Positions 10,665-20,638 of a DNA stretch of 64,000 bases are shown here, in pieces. Position numbers and translations under genes: made by a program. The notes beneath the pieces are model-generated. The model made no database searches, had not been told where the DNA came from, and saw only the letters and a program-made list of their open reading frames with translations. The DNA is taken from NCBI RefSeq assembly GCF_054482525.1, contig NZ_CM137006.1; one strand, given 5' to 3'. How positions within the stretch are numbered: position 1 is the first letter of the stretch; every line of letters starts with the position of its first letter.

Positions 10665-12344
10665 TTACAAAGACAGAATCACTTTTGCACCCACCGCCAG
10701 CTGATAGAGGATGGTGGAAATACCACGGGTAACTTCAATGTTTTTCGATTCATATTTCGGCAGAACCATAATCTCATCGCCCGGTTTGAGTGAATCCACA
10801 TCTTCTGCGTTGACGGCTGCACCGTTCTGACGAATGACGATAATTCTGGCGTTACCCGATTTCTGCGTCAGGCCACCACATTTCTCGATGTAATCCTCGG
10901 TGGTCATACCCTTCTGCCAGCTCACCGCGTTCGGGAACAGCACTTCGCCATGAACCATAACCAGCGATGTTTTCTCCGGAATATTGATGACGTCGCCATC
11001 TTCAAGCAGAACAGAATCAATATTGGATTCGTTGAGGATCACTTCACCTTTCGGAACCACGGTGCGTGCTTTCGCCACAAAGCGGCTGATCAGTTGTGCT
11101 TCCTGCATTCGCAGGCTGGCTTCTTCTTTGGTGGATGACTGGGCAGAAAGTGAGGCTTCCTCCAGTTTTTGCAGCGAGAGATTCAGCATCTCTTTCTGAC
11201 GCTGAGCTACTGATGGGCGATAAAGCTGAACCGCGTTCATCTGCGACATGCTGTTCGGGCGGACTTTTTCCAGAACCGCACGCATAGTGGAACCATAAGG
11301 CAGTACCATGGCATGTTCACCGGAGTGCGCGCCTTCAACCCGCACCTGAATGGTGCCGGCATAGCGGTCAGTGCTCACGATTAAGGTATCGCCATTTTGC
11401 AACATACGGCCTGGTGCAGAACTGATCGGATAGTATTCGCTGCGTTTTTGCAGCCCCTGTTTACGCATAATCGTAATGTGAGTCGCGCCAGGCTTAGGGC
11501 GCGCCCAGCTCAACGCTTCCGTTACGGGAATGCTGCTTTCGCGGAACTCAAAGTCGTAGCTGTTAAAGACATCGCCCTGAACGCTGAAAGTATGCTGACG
11601 CGGCCCGACGATGATGGTGTCACCATCGGCGAACTGCGAAAGCCCCAGTTTGCCGTTCAGCAGGAAGTCGTACAGGTTGACGTTGGAGCGCACGCGGTTA
11701 CCGCGCTTGACCACAATATCAACGTAACTTCCGCGCTCTGGATCAACGCCGCCAGCCTTGATCAGATAATTGAGTAACGAATCAGACGTCACACCGCCAT
11801 ACAGACCAGGATTACGCACAAATCCGGTCACGTACACTTTTACTGGCTGCGCCTGTAATAAGGAGGCGTAGACGTTGACGTTGGACTGGTACACTTCTTT
11901 CACTTTGGATGTGACCAGGGCATTTAACTGACTATTACTGACGCCAGCAACTTTCACCGGACCAACGTTCGGCAGGAAAATATTACCTTTGGGATCAATC
12001 TGTAACGCACCATCAAAGGTGAACGCACCCCACAAGCGAACCTGAATGCTATCGCCCGGATTCAGAATATAGTCAGGGTTGAATCCTACCGTCGCACCGC
12101 TATCCGCGCTGGTGCCGTTGAAAAGTTGAGCACCAAACATGCGGCTCATGACCACCGGCGGTGCGGGCGGCGGGGTATTGTCAAAGCCGCTCATGTTTTG
12201 CGTATCCGATTTTTGTCCGCTCAGAATACCGGTAAGCGGCGCTGCTCCTGTCAGGTTTGGGTCAGCGTTAATATCAATGGCCGCGCTGGCCTGCGCAGCC
12301 TGACAGGCGGCAATCAGTAAAATTGATTTCAATAATTTCATCAC
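10665..12344 (-). CDS. kpsD: Capsule polysaccharide export protein KpsD
   Basis: 559 aa with N-terminal signal peptide MMKLLKSILLIAACQAAQASA; Wza/KpsD-like. Confidence 0.9.
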   Translation of the reverse strand: MMKLLKSILLIAACQAAQASAAIDINADPNLTGAAPLTGILSGQKSDTQNMSGFDNTPPPAPPVVMSRMFGAQLFNGTSADSGATVGFNPDYILNPGDSIQVRLWGAFTFDGALQIDPKGNIFLPNVGPVKVAGVSNSQLNALVTSKVKEVYQSNVNVYASLLQAQPVKVYVTGFVRNPGLYGGVTSDSLLNYLIKAGGVDPERGSYVDIVVKRGNRVRSNVNLYDFLLNGKLGLSQFADGDTIIVGPRQHTFSVQGDVFNSYDFEFRESSIPVTEALSWARPKPGATHITIMRKQGLQKRSEYYPISSAPGRMLQNGDTLIVSTDRYAGTIQVRVEGAHSGEHAMVLPYGSTMRAVLEKVRPNSMSQMNAVQLYRPSVAQRQKEMLNLSLQKLEEASLSAQSSTKEEASLRMQEAQLISRFVAKARTVVPKGEVILNESNIDSVLLEDGDVINIPEKTSLVMVHGEVLFPNAVSWQKGMTTEDYIEKCGGLTQKSGNARIIVIRQNGAAVNAEDVDSLKPGDEIMVLPKYESKNIEVTRGISTILYQLAVGAKVILSL

Positions 12345-12364
12345 AAACTCATTCAGCGACAGCG

Positions 12365-13513
12365 TTAATCTCGGTGATCTTCAATAACAGCCAGCAACAG
12401 TTTCAGGGTGCCGAACAGCAGGCAGCACACCAGTAACCAGCAGGCGATCAAATAAGGGATATTTGGAAAAGACGATTCCTGCGGCAACTGTGGCGAACTG
12501 ATCACTGACAGCACCTTGAGCTTACGAGCCGCTTCTACACGGGTCTTTTCAATGGAGGTCAGGGTCAGTTTGTACAGCTCGGTGTTGAACTCTACTTTTG
12601 ATTTGATTTCTTCAAAATCCACCGCCATACGGTTTAGCTTGTCACCCTGCGGCGCTGTGATTTTGCTTTTTTCTTCGTCAATTTGTGCCTGCAATGACTG
12701 AATCGCATTACGCGCACTCACAACTTGCGGGGCGTCCTCACGCAGATACGTCAGCAAGTTCCGCAGGTCCGCTTCCATCTGGATCTTCTGGCCCATCAGC
12801 GTATTCACTAACGTGCTCGCCGCCTGTGCCTGTGCCTGTGGATCCAGAACGTTGTTGTTGTCTTGATAAGAGAGCAATTCCGCTTTGCTGGCGTCCAGAC
12901 GCTGGCGTGCCTTTTCCATCTCCGTTTCTGCAAAGGCAAGCTGGTCACGCGCGATGCGATGTGACATCTCATTGATAAAGCGCTCTGACTCTTTCAGCAC
13001 GGTTTGGTTAAACTTAAGCGCAAATTCCGGGCTAAAGCCCTGCGTCTGAATATTCAGTAATCCGGTTTTATCGTCATACGAGACGTTGATACGGTCCTTG
13101 TAGTACTTCAGGAAGCCTTCTGCGGTTTCATCCTTGCTAAGATGATTAAGAAAATCGAGCCCGCTGTGGCTAAACGCTTCACGAAAATTTAGTTGCTTAT
13201 CCAGCGCCGCCAGCATATCCGGCGAGTTGATGTACTCTTTCAGATACAACGCATCTTCTGCGGAACTGGGGTTAGAGGCACCCAGAAGCAGACCAAAATT
13301 CAGGCTGCCGCTGTTTAAATCATCCGAGCGTTTAATGGCGACTTTCGACTCGCTCATATAGCGAGGCTGGCTGAAGATAGCCAGATAGATCAGCAGCACC
13401 GCCATCGGTGCCAGAATGATGATTTTCGCCAGGTGTTTTTGGATATCTGCCAGTGAGATGGCAGACAGACGAGCACGCATCCAGGATACGGCAGACTTCA
13501 CTTTTATCAACAT
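12365..13513 (-). CDS. kpsE: Capsule polysaccharide export inner-membrane protein KpsE
   Basis: 382 aa; N- and C-terminal hydrophobic segments and coiled-coil middle. Confidence 0.9.
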   Translation of the reverse strand: MLIKVKSAVSWMRARLSAISLADIQKHLAKIIILAPMAVLLIYLAIFSQPRYMSESKVAIKRSDDLNSGSLNFGLLLGASNPSSAEDALYLKEYINSPDMLAALDKQLNFREAFSHSGLDFLNHLSKDETAEGFLKYYKDRINVSYDDKTGLLNIQTQGFSPEFALKFNQTVLKESERFINEMSHRIARDQLAFAETEMEKARQRLDASKAELLSYQDNNNVLDPQAQAQAASTLVNTLMGQKIQMEADLRNLLTYLREDAPQVVSARNAIQSLQAQIDEEKSKITAPQGDKLNRMAVDFEEIKSKVEFNTELYKLTLTSIEKTRVEAARKLKVLSVISSPQLPQESSFPNIPYLIACWLLVCCLLFGTLKLLLAVIEDHRD

Positions 13514-13584
13514 GTAACGATTATCAAAGTTTCAGTGGGGCGCAAACTCAATGAGAGACTAACCTCTCGCACCCCGTTGCTTAA

Positions 13585-14568
13585 TTAGTCGAAAATGCGC
13601 ACAAGGCCAGTGACTTTATTTGCCTTGTTGGTCACCAATAACGTTGAGACGCGGTGCTTTTGCATTTTTTCTTCCGCTTCAATGATCATGGTGTCTTCCG
13701 GTAGCGTCAGCGGTTCACGTGTCATCATCTGCGCAGCCGTGGCGGATGTCAGAGAATCCTCTTTTTCCATAAAGCGACGCAGGTCACCGTCGGTGATAAT
13801 GCCCGCTAGCCCACCTTCTGCGTCTTCTACCATCACCATTCCCTGGCATCCGCTGGTGATACGTTGAATCACGGTTTTAAATGACGCATCCAGCTGTACC
13901 GCAGGAACATCATGCTGCATGACATCAGCAACGCGGGTCAGCAGGCGACGACCTAATGAACCGCCCGGGTGATAGCGCGCAAAATCATTCGGCATAAATT
14001 TGCGTTGGTGGATCATGGCAATCGCCAGCGCATCGCCGATCGCCATCGTCAGCGTGGTAGACGTTGTTGGTGCAAGATTATTCGGGCAGGTTTCATTCGC
14101 CATGTGGAGTTCCAGCACGGCATCAGCATTTTTCGCCAGCGTGGAATTTCCATTATTGGTAATGGCGATAATTCGGTTGCCGAAATTTTTCAGTGAAGGA
14201 ACTAGCTTGAGGATTTCATCCGTTTCACCGCTGGCAGAAATAAGGATCAGAAGATCGTAAGGCGTAATCATGCCCAGATCGCCATGGAAAGCTTCTGCAG
14301 GATGAATAAAGAAACTAGGCGTACCCGTAGAGGCCAGCGTCGCTGACATTTTACGACCGACATGCCCTGATTTACCCATTCCCGAAAGAATAACGTGACC
14401 TTTACAGTTCATTATCAAATTAAGGACACGCTGGTACTGCCCGGAATCCAGTTGTTTAGACAAGTTTTGTAATGCTGCGCCTTGTTCTGCCAGAGTCTGG
14501 CGAACAGAGGTAATTAGATATGGATCGATAGTACTGCTCTGGTCATCAGGTAAATGTCTTTCAGACAT
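13585..14568 (-). CDS. kpsF: Arabinose-5-phosphate isomerase KpsF
   Basis: SIS domain plus CBS pair. Start placed at ATG 14568 (MSERHLPDD), preceded by AAAGGAG, giving 327 aa; the track ORF begins 36 nt upstream at 14604. Confidence 0.85.
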   Translation of the reverse strand: MSERHLPDDQSSTIDPYLITSVRQTLAEQGAALQNLSKQLDSGQYQRVLNLIMNCKGHVILSGMGKSGHVGRKMSATLASTGTPSFFIHPAEAFHGDLGMITPYDLLILISASGETDEILKLVPSLKNFGNRIIAITNNGNSTLAKNADAVLELHMANETCPNNLAPTTSTTLTMAIGDALAIAMIHQRKFMPNDFARYHPGGSLGRRLLTRVADVMQHDVPAVQLDASFKTVIQRITSGCQGMVMVEDAEGGLAGIITDGDLRRFMEKEDSLTSATAAQMMTREPLTLPEDTMIIEAEEKMQKHRVSTLLVTNKANKVTGLVRIFD

Positions 14569-14604
14569 ATCAGCTCCTTTGCACGGAAATAATGCCACAG
14601 TCAC

Positions 14605-15296
14605 AGCAAACCCGAACCCACTATAATTTATTTATGCTAAATCAATGGGTTGTAACAAAATTTTTAATGAATATAAAACCATGGTCAGTCCATGCTTATA
14701 TGCAGGACTTATCACCTTCTTATTAAGTCGCAATGTCTCATGGAGGTGCGAAGATGCTGCAATATTACAGGCGAGAAGGGGAACCAAATTTTGCCCACCT
14801 ATTTAACACACCCCTACATTATGAACAAGGAATTTAGGATTTTTATCATTTATTAAAATGTTTCCTACTTGACTATTAAGACCAAAAACAATTTATCAAT
14901 TGATTATTTCCTCGTAAAAAAAGAACGTATGACCATGTTATTAATAAATAAAACACGTAAATAATGGTGATGTTGTTTTATGATTAACTATTTAAGAACG
15001 GTATAATAAACAGGTTGACAATTTCTATGTAAAGAAGAAAATAATAAAATTTTAGCGGTGACTATTGAATGATATGATAGTTGTGGTGTTGATTATTTCT
15101 GGTAATGAATGCGGAATTAAATCTGGCCGGATTGTATTTTTGCTATATCTATTTTTCAGGAGATTATTATTAAATAGAAAAATAACAATGGTGATTATCT
15201 CTGGTTGAGTTGGAGTCACGTATGCCAGCGAGTGCTTTCTTCCGGGCCTTCCTTCACTTCAGAGAAAGAGCCTATGGAAAAGAGGCAATCATCAGG
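14605..15296 (-). promoter_or_regulatory. AT-rich kps region 1 promoter and long 5' leader region (exact sites not mapped)
   Basis: About 690 bp AT-rich non-coding DNA upstream of kpsF; no specific binding site identified by eye. Confidence 0.35.
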
Positions 15297-16722
15297 TAAT
15301 GCCGATCAGTTAAGGATCAGTTGACCGATCCAGTGGCTGTGTAAGAATCCGGAAACGCTCACTTGTTTCCGGATTTTTTTATGCACATTGGACAGGCTCT
15401 TGATCTGGTATCCCGTTACGATTCTCTGCGTAACCCACTGACTTCTCTGGGGGATTACCTCGACCCCGAACTCATCTCTCGTTGCCTTGCCGAATCAGGT
15501 ACTGTAACGCTACGCAAGCGCCGTCTTCCCCTCGAAATGATGGTCTGGTGTATTGTTGGCATGGCGCTTGAGCGTAAAGAACCTCTTCACCAGATTGTGA
15601 ATCGCCTGGACATCATGCTGCCGGGCAATCGCCCCTTCGTTGCCCCCAGTGCCGTTATTCAGGCCCGCCAGCGCCTGGGAAGTGAGGCTGTCCGCCGCGT
15701 GTTCACGAAAACAGCGCAGCTCTGGCATAACGCCACGCCGCATCCGCACTGGTGCGGCCTGACCCTGCTGGCCATCGATGGTGTGTTCTGGCGCACACCG
15801 GATACACTAGAGAACGATGCAGCCTTCCCCCGCCAGACACATGCCGGGAACCCGGCGCTCTACCCGCAGGTCAAAATGGTCTGCCAGATGGAACTGACCA
15901 GCCATCTGCTGACGGCTGCAGCCTTCGGCACGATGAAGAACAGCGAAAATGAGCTTGCTGAGCAACTTATAGAACAAACCGGCGATAACACTCTGACGTT
16001 AATGGATAAAGGTTATTACTCACTGGGACTGTTAAATGCCTGGAGCCTGGCGGGAGAACACCGCCACTGGATGATACCTCTCAGAAAGGGAGCGCAATAT
16101 GAAGAGATCAGAAAACTGGGTAAAGGCGATCATCTGGTGAAGCTGAAAACCAGCCCGCAGGCACGAAAAAAGTGGCCGGGACTGGGAAATGAAGTGACAG
16201 CCCGCCTGCTGACCGTGACGCGCAAAGGAAAAGTCTGCCATCTGCTGACGTCGATGACGGACGCCATGCGCTTCCCCGGAGGAGAAATGGCGGATCTGTA
16301 CAGTCATCGCTGGGAAATCGAACTGGGATACAGGGAGATAAAACAGACGATGCAACTGAGCAGGCTGACGCTGAGAAGTAAAAAACCGGAGCTTGTGGAG
16401 CAAGAGCTGTGGGGTGTCTTACTGGCTTATAATCTGGTGAGATATCAGATGATTAAAATGGCGGAACATCTGAAAGGTTACTGGCCGAATCAACTGAGTT
16501 TCTCAGAATCATGCGGAATGGTGATGAGAATGCTGATGACATTGCAGGGCGCTTCACCGGGACGTATACCGGAGCTGATGCGCGATCTTGCAAGTATGGG
16601 ACAACTTGTGAAATTACCGACAAGAAGGGAAAGGGCCTTCCCGAGAGTGGTAAAGGAGAGGCCCTGGAAATACCCCACAGCCCCGAAAAAGAGCCAGTCA
16701 GTTGCTTAACTGACTGGCATTA
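15297..16722 (+). mobile_element. IS4 insertion sequence, 1426 bp, intact
   Basis: Terminal inverted repeats TAATGCCGATCAGTTAAGG (15297-) and CCTTAACTGACTGGCATTA (-16722); 11-bp direct repeat CAATCATCAGG at 15286-15296 and 16723-16733. Confidence 0.9.
15363..16709 (+). CDS. IS4 transposase
   Basis: 448-aa ORF inside IS4; true start may be the internal MHIGQALDL Met. Confidence 0.9.
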   Translation: MFPDFFMHIGQALDLVSRYDSLRNPLTSLGDYLDPELISRCLAESGTVTLRKRRLPLEMMVWCIVGMALERKEPLHQIVNRLDIMLPGNRPFVAPSAVIQARQRLGSEAVRRVFTKTAQLWHNATPHPHWCGLTLLAIDGVFWRTPDTLENDAAFPRQTHAGNPALYPQVKMVCQMELTSHLLTAAAFGTMKNSENELAEQLIEQTGDNTLTLMDKGYYSLGLLNAWSLAGEHRHWMIPLRKGAQYEEIRKLGKGDHLVKLKTSPQARKKWPGLGNEVTARLLTVTRKGKVCHLLTSMTDAMRFPGGEMADLYSHRWEIELGYREIKQTMQLSRLTLRSKKPELVEQELWGVLLAYNLVRYQMIKMAEHLKGYWPNQLSFSESCGMVMRMLMTLQGASPGRIPELMRDLASMGQLVKLPTRRERAFPRVVKERPWKYPTAPKKSQSVA

Positions 16723-16814
16723 CAATCATCAGGCTCTTTTTGAGTCATATGCGCCGATAATCAACTGTCTTGAACGTAACAATTATGGAGCAACATGATG
16801 CTACGATTCATTTC

Positions 16815-17000
16815 ACTCTTCGTTCTTTCTGAGCATTGCGTTCAGGATGGTCAGCAATTTACGCATACAGTCAACCAGCGCCACTTTTTTGGTTTTTCCG
16901 GCTGCTGACAGATGCATGTAAAACGCCTTTATCACCGGATTAAACCAGGTTACCACAAGCGCTGCCATGTGCAGGGCTGCTCTTGCCTCCGTACGCGCAC
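16815..17000 (-). pseudogene. IS110-family transposase, C-terminal fragment
   Basis: Minus-strand translation ends ...VALVDCMRKLLTILNAMLRKNEE*, the conserved IS110-family C-terminus; no N-terminal part. Similar DNA at 56393-56460. Confidence 0.5.
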
Positions 17001-17162
17001 TGGCGTCGTTCGGCCAGCAGATATGTGTGGGATAACAGGGATGTTATGTGAACTGAACTGTGTTTTGTTAACGGGGGATGTTTATTGATGATTCGGTAGT
17101 GTTTAAGACCTGATGGCGTTATGCTCCCAAGTTTATTTTATATAAAGATCCAAAAGCAAAAA

Positions 17163-17180
17163 CCCGCCTTGTGGGCGGGT
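17163..17180. terminator. GC-rich hairpin (CCCGCC-TTGT-GGGCGGG) flanked by A/T runs
   Basis: Perfect short stem-loop with A-run before and T-run after; next to the tRNA-like repeat. Confidence 0.35.
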
Positions 17181-17193
17181 TCTTTAGAATTAG

Positions 17194-17215
17194 TGGTGCC
17201 GGACTCGGAATCGAA
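17194..17215 (-). repeat. tRNA-Phe 3'-end-like 22-nt repeat (island att-site remnant)
   Basis: TGGTGCCGGACTCGGAATCGAA is the reverse complement of a tRNA-Phe acceptor/T-arm 3' end with one base missing; no full tRNA present. Confidence 0.5.
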
Positions 17216-17325
17216 AATTTCTTTTATCATATTGATATTAATACAATTTGTTTGGTTTGATTAAAAATGTACCCTCAATTATACCCGCAGTCCCTTTTGA
17301 TATCGAAAGGGAATCACACTCGGGA

Positions 17326-18168
17326 TCAGGCTGAGAGCACAGAAGGAAAGTACCTGGCTATTATATCGTTAATTCTGTCAATCAGTTCCAGCCTTTTGAA
17401 AGTGATGTGTGCAGATCCCTTCTTAAAGTATTTAATGATGAACATCTCGTCTTCATAGCGCTCTTTACCCTGAACGGACTGGATGTGACCATCCAGACGA
17501 ATAGTGATGTTTTCCCGGTTGTCGGGGATCGGTTTGCCGCTGAACAGATGTAGCATTCTTTCCAGGTCGACGAGTCGGTCAGTCTGTTGCCCGGTGATAA
17601 GATGAAACCCCCACCGGTCCCACCTCACCAGGTTGTTGACGATAATTTTACTGCCAAATTTGCAGGGGCAATTGGTTTTGTAATTCCAGCTCAGTCCCCT
17701 GAAGACGTTGATCACCCCTCGCTCAAACACCTCATCCTTATTCTGGTGTAGTTGTTCAAATGTGCTCAGAATGTTCGCTTCACTGATTTCCGGAAAATTA
17801 TCGTGCTCCAGTGACCGGTACCATGTATCACGGGCCTGTGCATCCATTAAGGAAAGCATCCCTGAACGTTGCATCAGGTCACGCCAGATTTCGCGATCGA
17901 GATTGCGTGTGATAGCTTTCATTGCGGTTTCCGGTTTCTCCATCAGCCAGCAGCCGCAGCGAAAATCCTGTTTCATGGCCCAGTCCGGGGCGGCTTTACC
18001 GCCAATACTTTCTGTCATTGCTGAGATTTCAGCCAGTTGCCGGATAAGTGTGTCGATTTGCAGCAGTGTACTTTTTCGTACAGCCAGAATGTGGCGGATA
18101 CTGGTTGAGCAGATAACGTCCGTATGCCCGGTGACCACTTCCGGATGGGAGATTGTGATGTTTGACAT
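17326..18168 (-). CDS. Conserved island protein, probably DUF4942 family (CP4-44-like module, copy 1)
   Basis: 280 aa; paralog of 45243-46109; occupies the module-terminal position after the YeeW-like genes. Confidence 0.6.
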   Translation of the reverse strand: MSNITISHPEVVTGHTDVICSTSIRHILAVRKSTLLQIDTLIRQLAEISAMTESIGGKAAPDWAMKQDFRCGCWLMEKPETAMKAITRNLDREIWRDLMQRSGMLSLMDAQARDTWYRSLEHDNFPEISEANILSTFEQLHQNKDEVFERGVINVFRGLSWNYKTNCPCKFGSKIIVNNLVRWDRWGFHLITGQQTDRLVDLERMLHLFSGKPIPDNRENITIRLDGHIQSVQGKERYEDEMFIIKYFKKGSAHITFKRLELIDRINDIIARYFPSVLSA

Positions 18169-18252
18169 TATCGGTTTCCCTTTTGGTTTATAAACGAAAA
18201 CGCCAGCCGTATTCAGGCTGGCGTCAGGGTAATGAAGCGTGGTGAGTGATAT

Positions 18253-18450
18253 TCACCGGTTCTGGTGCAGAAGCTGCAGATGACGCAGGGTACGGACATC
18301 CTCTCTGGCCTGTTCGATACAGGGCAACAGTGCTGCCGAATCCGTTCTATCCTCATCGTTGTCAAAGATAATTCCCGATTCGCAGTCGATATTGTCCTGC
18401 AGCCACGCAATGAGGATATCCAGCGCTGTTTCCGTGGTTAATGATTTCAT
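18253..18450 (-). CDS. Small conserved protein downstream of yeeW-like gene (copy 1)
   Basis: MKSLTTETALDILIAWLQDNIDCESGIIFDNDEDR...; start placed at ATG 18450 behind AGGAACAAC; paralog at 46194-46391. Confidence 0.5.
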   Translation of the reverse strand: MKSLTTETALDILIAWLQDNIDCESGIIFDNDEDRTDSAALLPCIEQAREDVRTLRHLQLLHQNR

Positions 18451-18461
18451 GTTGTTCCTGG

Positions 18462-18950
18462 TTATCAGTCGAAAGTGGGCAGGTCCGGCAGACATTCAGC
18501 GCTGGCATCCAGATGAATGAGACTGACGCCATAACGTTGGATGAGTGTGACAAACAGACGACGGAACGTTTTTGACAGCCCCAGGCGTTTAAGCCGCAGA
18601 ACCGGATATGATCACGCATCGGTACGTAACAGATATCCGCTACCTGTGAAATGAATCCATTCTGATTCGCCGAAGTCACTGGTCTGGTGTGACAGTGAGT
18701 ACAACCAGGCGTTGTCCGTTTCCGTGATATGTGCGGTACTGCAGCGTATGCCGGCAAGGGTTGCAAATGGCGGTGGTGTGCAGGTTGACTGTTGGTCGGA
18801 TTCCTCTGCCACACGGAGTGAATAATCGTTTTCAGCGACGTTATTAATCAGTTCAGTGAGATTAACACCATCGACGTCAACGACAATTCGCCCCATGTTC
18901 AGTGCCTGCACATTAATGCTGTCGGCTTCCAGCATCAGGGAAAGTTTCAT
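18462..18950 (-). pseudogene. YeeW-like protein, truncated by a TGA nonsense codon at codon 113 (copy 1)
   Basis: Copy 2 (46403-46894) reads through TGG (W) where copy 1 has TGA; downstream frame in copy 1 still encodes SYPVLRLKRLG... Confidence 0.55.
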
Positions 18951-19321
18951 CGTTTCTCCGGATGCTTACCCAGGGTAATGTTATTTACCGTTCTGTAATT
19001 GTCGCGGGTCATCAGGCCGGTCGCCCTGCGAGCCCGGAGGATATCGATGCTGTTTATTAACTGAGAGCGGGTACAGGCACTGAATTCCGGCTGGTCGGTA
19101 CGCACCAGTGCGTATTTTTCAACAAGAAAGTTCACTGCATCGCACAGTGAAATGCCAGCTTCAATATGCTGCTCAATCACACGTTCATCGGCGAACGGTG
19201 TGTCATTCAGCGTAAGGCCGTAATGCTGGTCCAGCAACCGGGACAGCAGTGTCTGCCAGATGGTGACGGGAGACGGGCAGCGCGATGCCTCCCGTACGTG
19301 TGTGTCGGGTAATGTTTTCAT
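18947..19321 (-). CDS. cbtA: CbtA/YeeV-family toxin
   Basis: 124 aa, [56 protein letters not shown]... Confidence 0.85.
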   Translation of the reverse strand: MKTLPDTHVREASRCPSPVTIWQTLLSRLLDQHYGLTLNDTPFADERVIEQHIEAGISLCDAVNFLVEKYALVRTDQPEFSACTRSQLINSIDILRARRATGLMTRDNYRTVNNITLGKHPEKR

Positions 19322-19410
19322 ACTGAAGGTTTTCCTGATATGCAGAGATGAAAAATGGAAAAGTGGCGTGGTGAAAGCACCAGGCCGGAGCAGAAGGTTA
19401 TTCCGGTGGT

Positions 19411-19791
19411 TTACTTTTTCGTTTCGGATGTTGGATAAACAGCCAGATAAACGTAACCACAGCTGCCGAGGGTGTCGGCTTCGCAGGTCAGCCCTTTCGC
19501 ATACAGTGTGACGGTATGCTGATGGCGGGGATTCAGTTCACCGCCGGTGAGCATGAGTTCCAGTTGTTTCATCAGCAGCGGAAAGGCCTGGTCCAGGTGG
19601 TACGCATCCGCGTCGCTGAACAGGCCTCTGATACCGGCGCGGTCGGCAAGGTAATGCAACCGGTTACCCTCCTGCACCAGACGTGCCCCGAAACAGGGCG
19701 TCACGGTGCAGGGTAGCCCCCCACCAGGGGCGGTTGTTGTTGTCGGGATGCGTTGTCCCGGGGAGTGTGTCTGACACGATAAAATCCTCAC
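19411..19791 (-). CDS. cbeA: CbeA/YeeU-family antitoxin, N-terminal frameshift relative to copy 2
   Basis: Residues after ~25 match YeeU ([31 protein letters not shown]...); copy 1 has a 6-C run at 19727-19732 where copy 2 has 5. Confidence 0.7.
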   Translation of the reverse strand: MRILSCQTHSPGQRIPTTTTAPGGGLPCTVTPCFGARLVQEGNRLHYLADRAGIRGLFSDADAYHLDQAFPLLMKQLELMLTGGELNPRHQHTVTLYAKGLTCEADTLGSCGYVYLAVYPTSETKK

Positions 19792-19856
19792 AGAAAATCG
19801 GTTAAGAATGGTCCGGTGGTGGCGATAATTCTGCTCATCTGAATGCCCTTCCAGAC

Positions 19857-20078
19857 TCAGTTCAGGGTGACGCTCATCAGCCGGACATACGGGCCAAAAC
19901 TGTCCTTACGGCGTTCAGCAAACACAGCCAGCACACCGGGAATATCCTGCACTTCACGACCGGTATACGTCTCAGCACTGCCGTGCCAGCGGTACTTACC
20001 GGTACAGAACGGAAAAAGACGGGATGCAGGATGCTGTTGGTGAATACGCATGGCTTCACCACGGGTGATAATTTTCAT
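19857..20078 (-). CDS. yeeT: DUF987/YeeT-like protein
   Basis: 73 aa, MKIITRGEAMRIHQQHPASRLFPFCTGKYRWHG...; conserved position between radC-like and cbeA. Confidence 0.7.
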   Translation of the reverse strand: MKIITRGEAMRIHQQHPASRLFPFCTGKYRWHGSAETYTGREVQDIPGVLAVFAERRKDSFGPYVRLMSVTLN

Positions 20079-20146
20079 GATGGGATACCTCTGAAGACAG
20101 AAGATAAAAGTGAAAACAAGTGTGATGTGGTTGTGACGGTGACGGG

Positions 20147-20638
20147 TTAAAGCAGACCGTGTTCGGCAAAGGAGAAAACCTGGTTGCCACCGACTATCAG
20201 ATGGTCCGGCACCCGGATATCCACCAGGCCCAGTGCCTGTACCAGACGTTCCGTGATAAGGCGGTCTGCCTTACTGGGTGTGACTTCACCGGACGGGTGA
20301 TTGTGCGCCAGCACCACGGCAGCGGCATTGTGGTACAGGGCGCGTTTAATCACTTCCCGGGGATGGACTTCCGTGCGGTTGATGGTGCCGGTGAAGAGGG
20401 TTTCACCGGCAATCAGCTGATTCTGGTTATTCAGATACAGTACCCGGAACTCTTCACGCTCCAGTCCCGCCATGTTCAGAATCAGCCATTCCCGTGCCGC
20501 ACGGGTGGAGGTGAAGGCCACGCCGGGTTCATGAAGATGGCGTTCCAGGGTTTTCAGGGCCCGCAGAATGAGACTGCGCTCGCCGGGCGTCATCTCTCCT
20601 GGCAGAAAGGAAAGTTGTTGCATTGTGCTTCTCTCCAT
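20147..20638 (-). CDS. yeeS: RadC-like JAB-domain protein (YeeS/YkfG/YfjY family)
   Basis: 163 aa; JAMM-like motif HNHPSGEVTPSKAD. Confidence 0.85.
   Translation of the reverse strand: MERSTMQQLSFLPGEMTPGERSLILRALKTLERHLHEPGVAFTSTRAAREWLILNMAGLEREEFRVLYLNNQNQLIAGETLFTGTINRTEVHPREVIKRALYHNAAAVVLAHNHPSGEVTPSKADRLITERLVQALGLVDIRVPDHLIVGGNQVFSFAEHGLL

Noticed and set aside
17194-17215. Possible intact tRNA-Phe gene at either tRNA-like repeat (also 44319-44340)
   Set aside because: Only 19-22 nt of the 3' end match; the upstream sequence does not continue into T-arm, anticodon or D-arm sequence.
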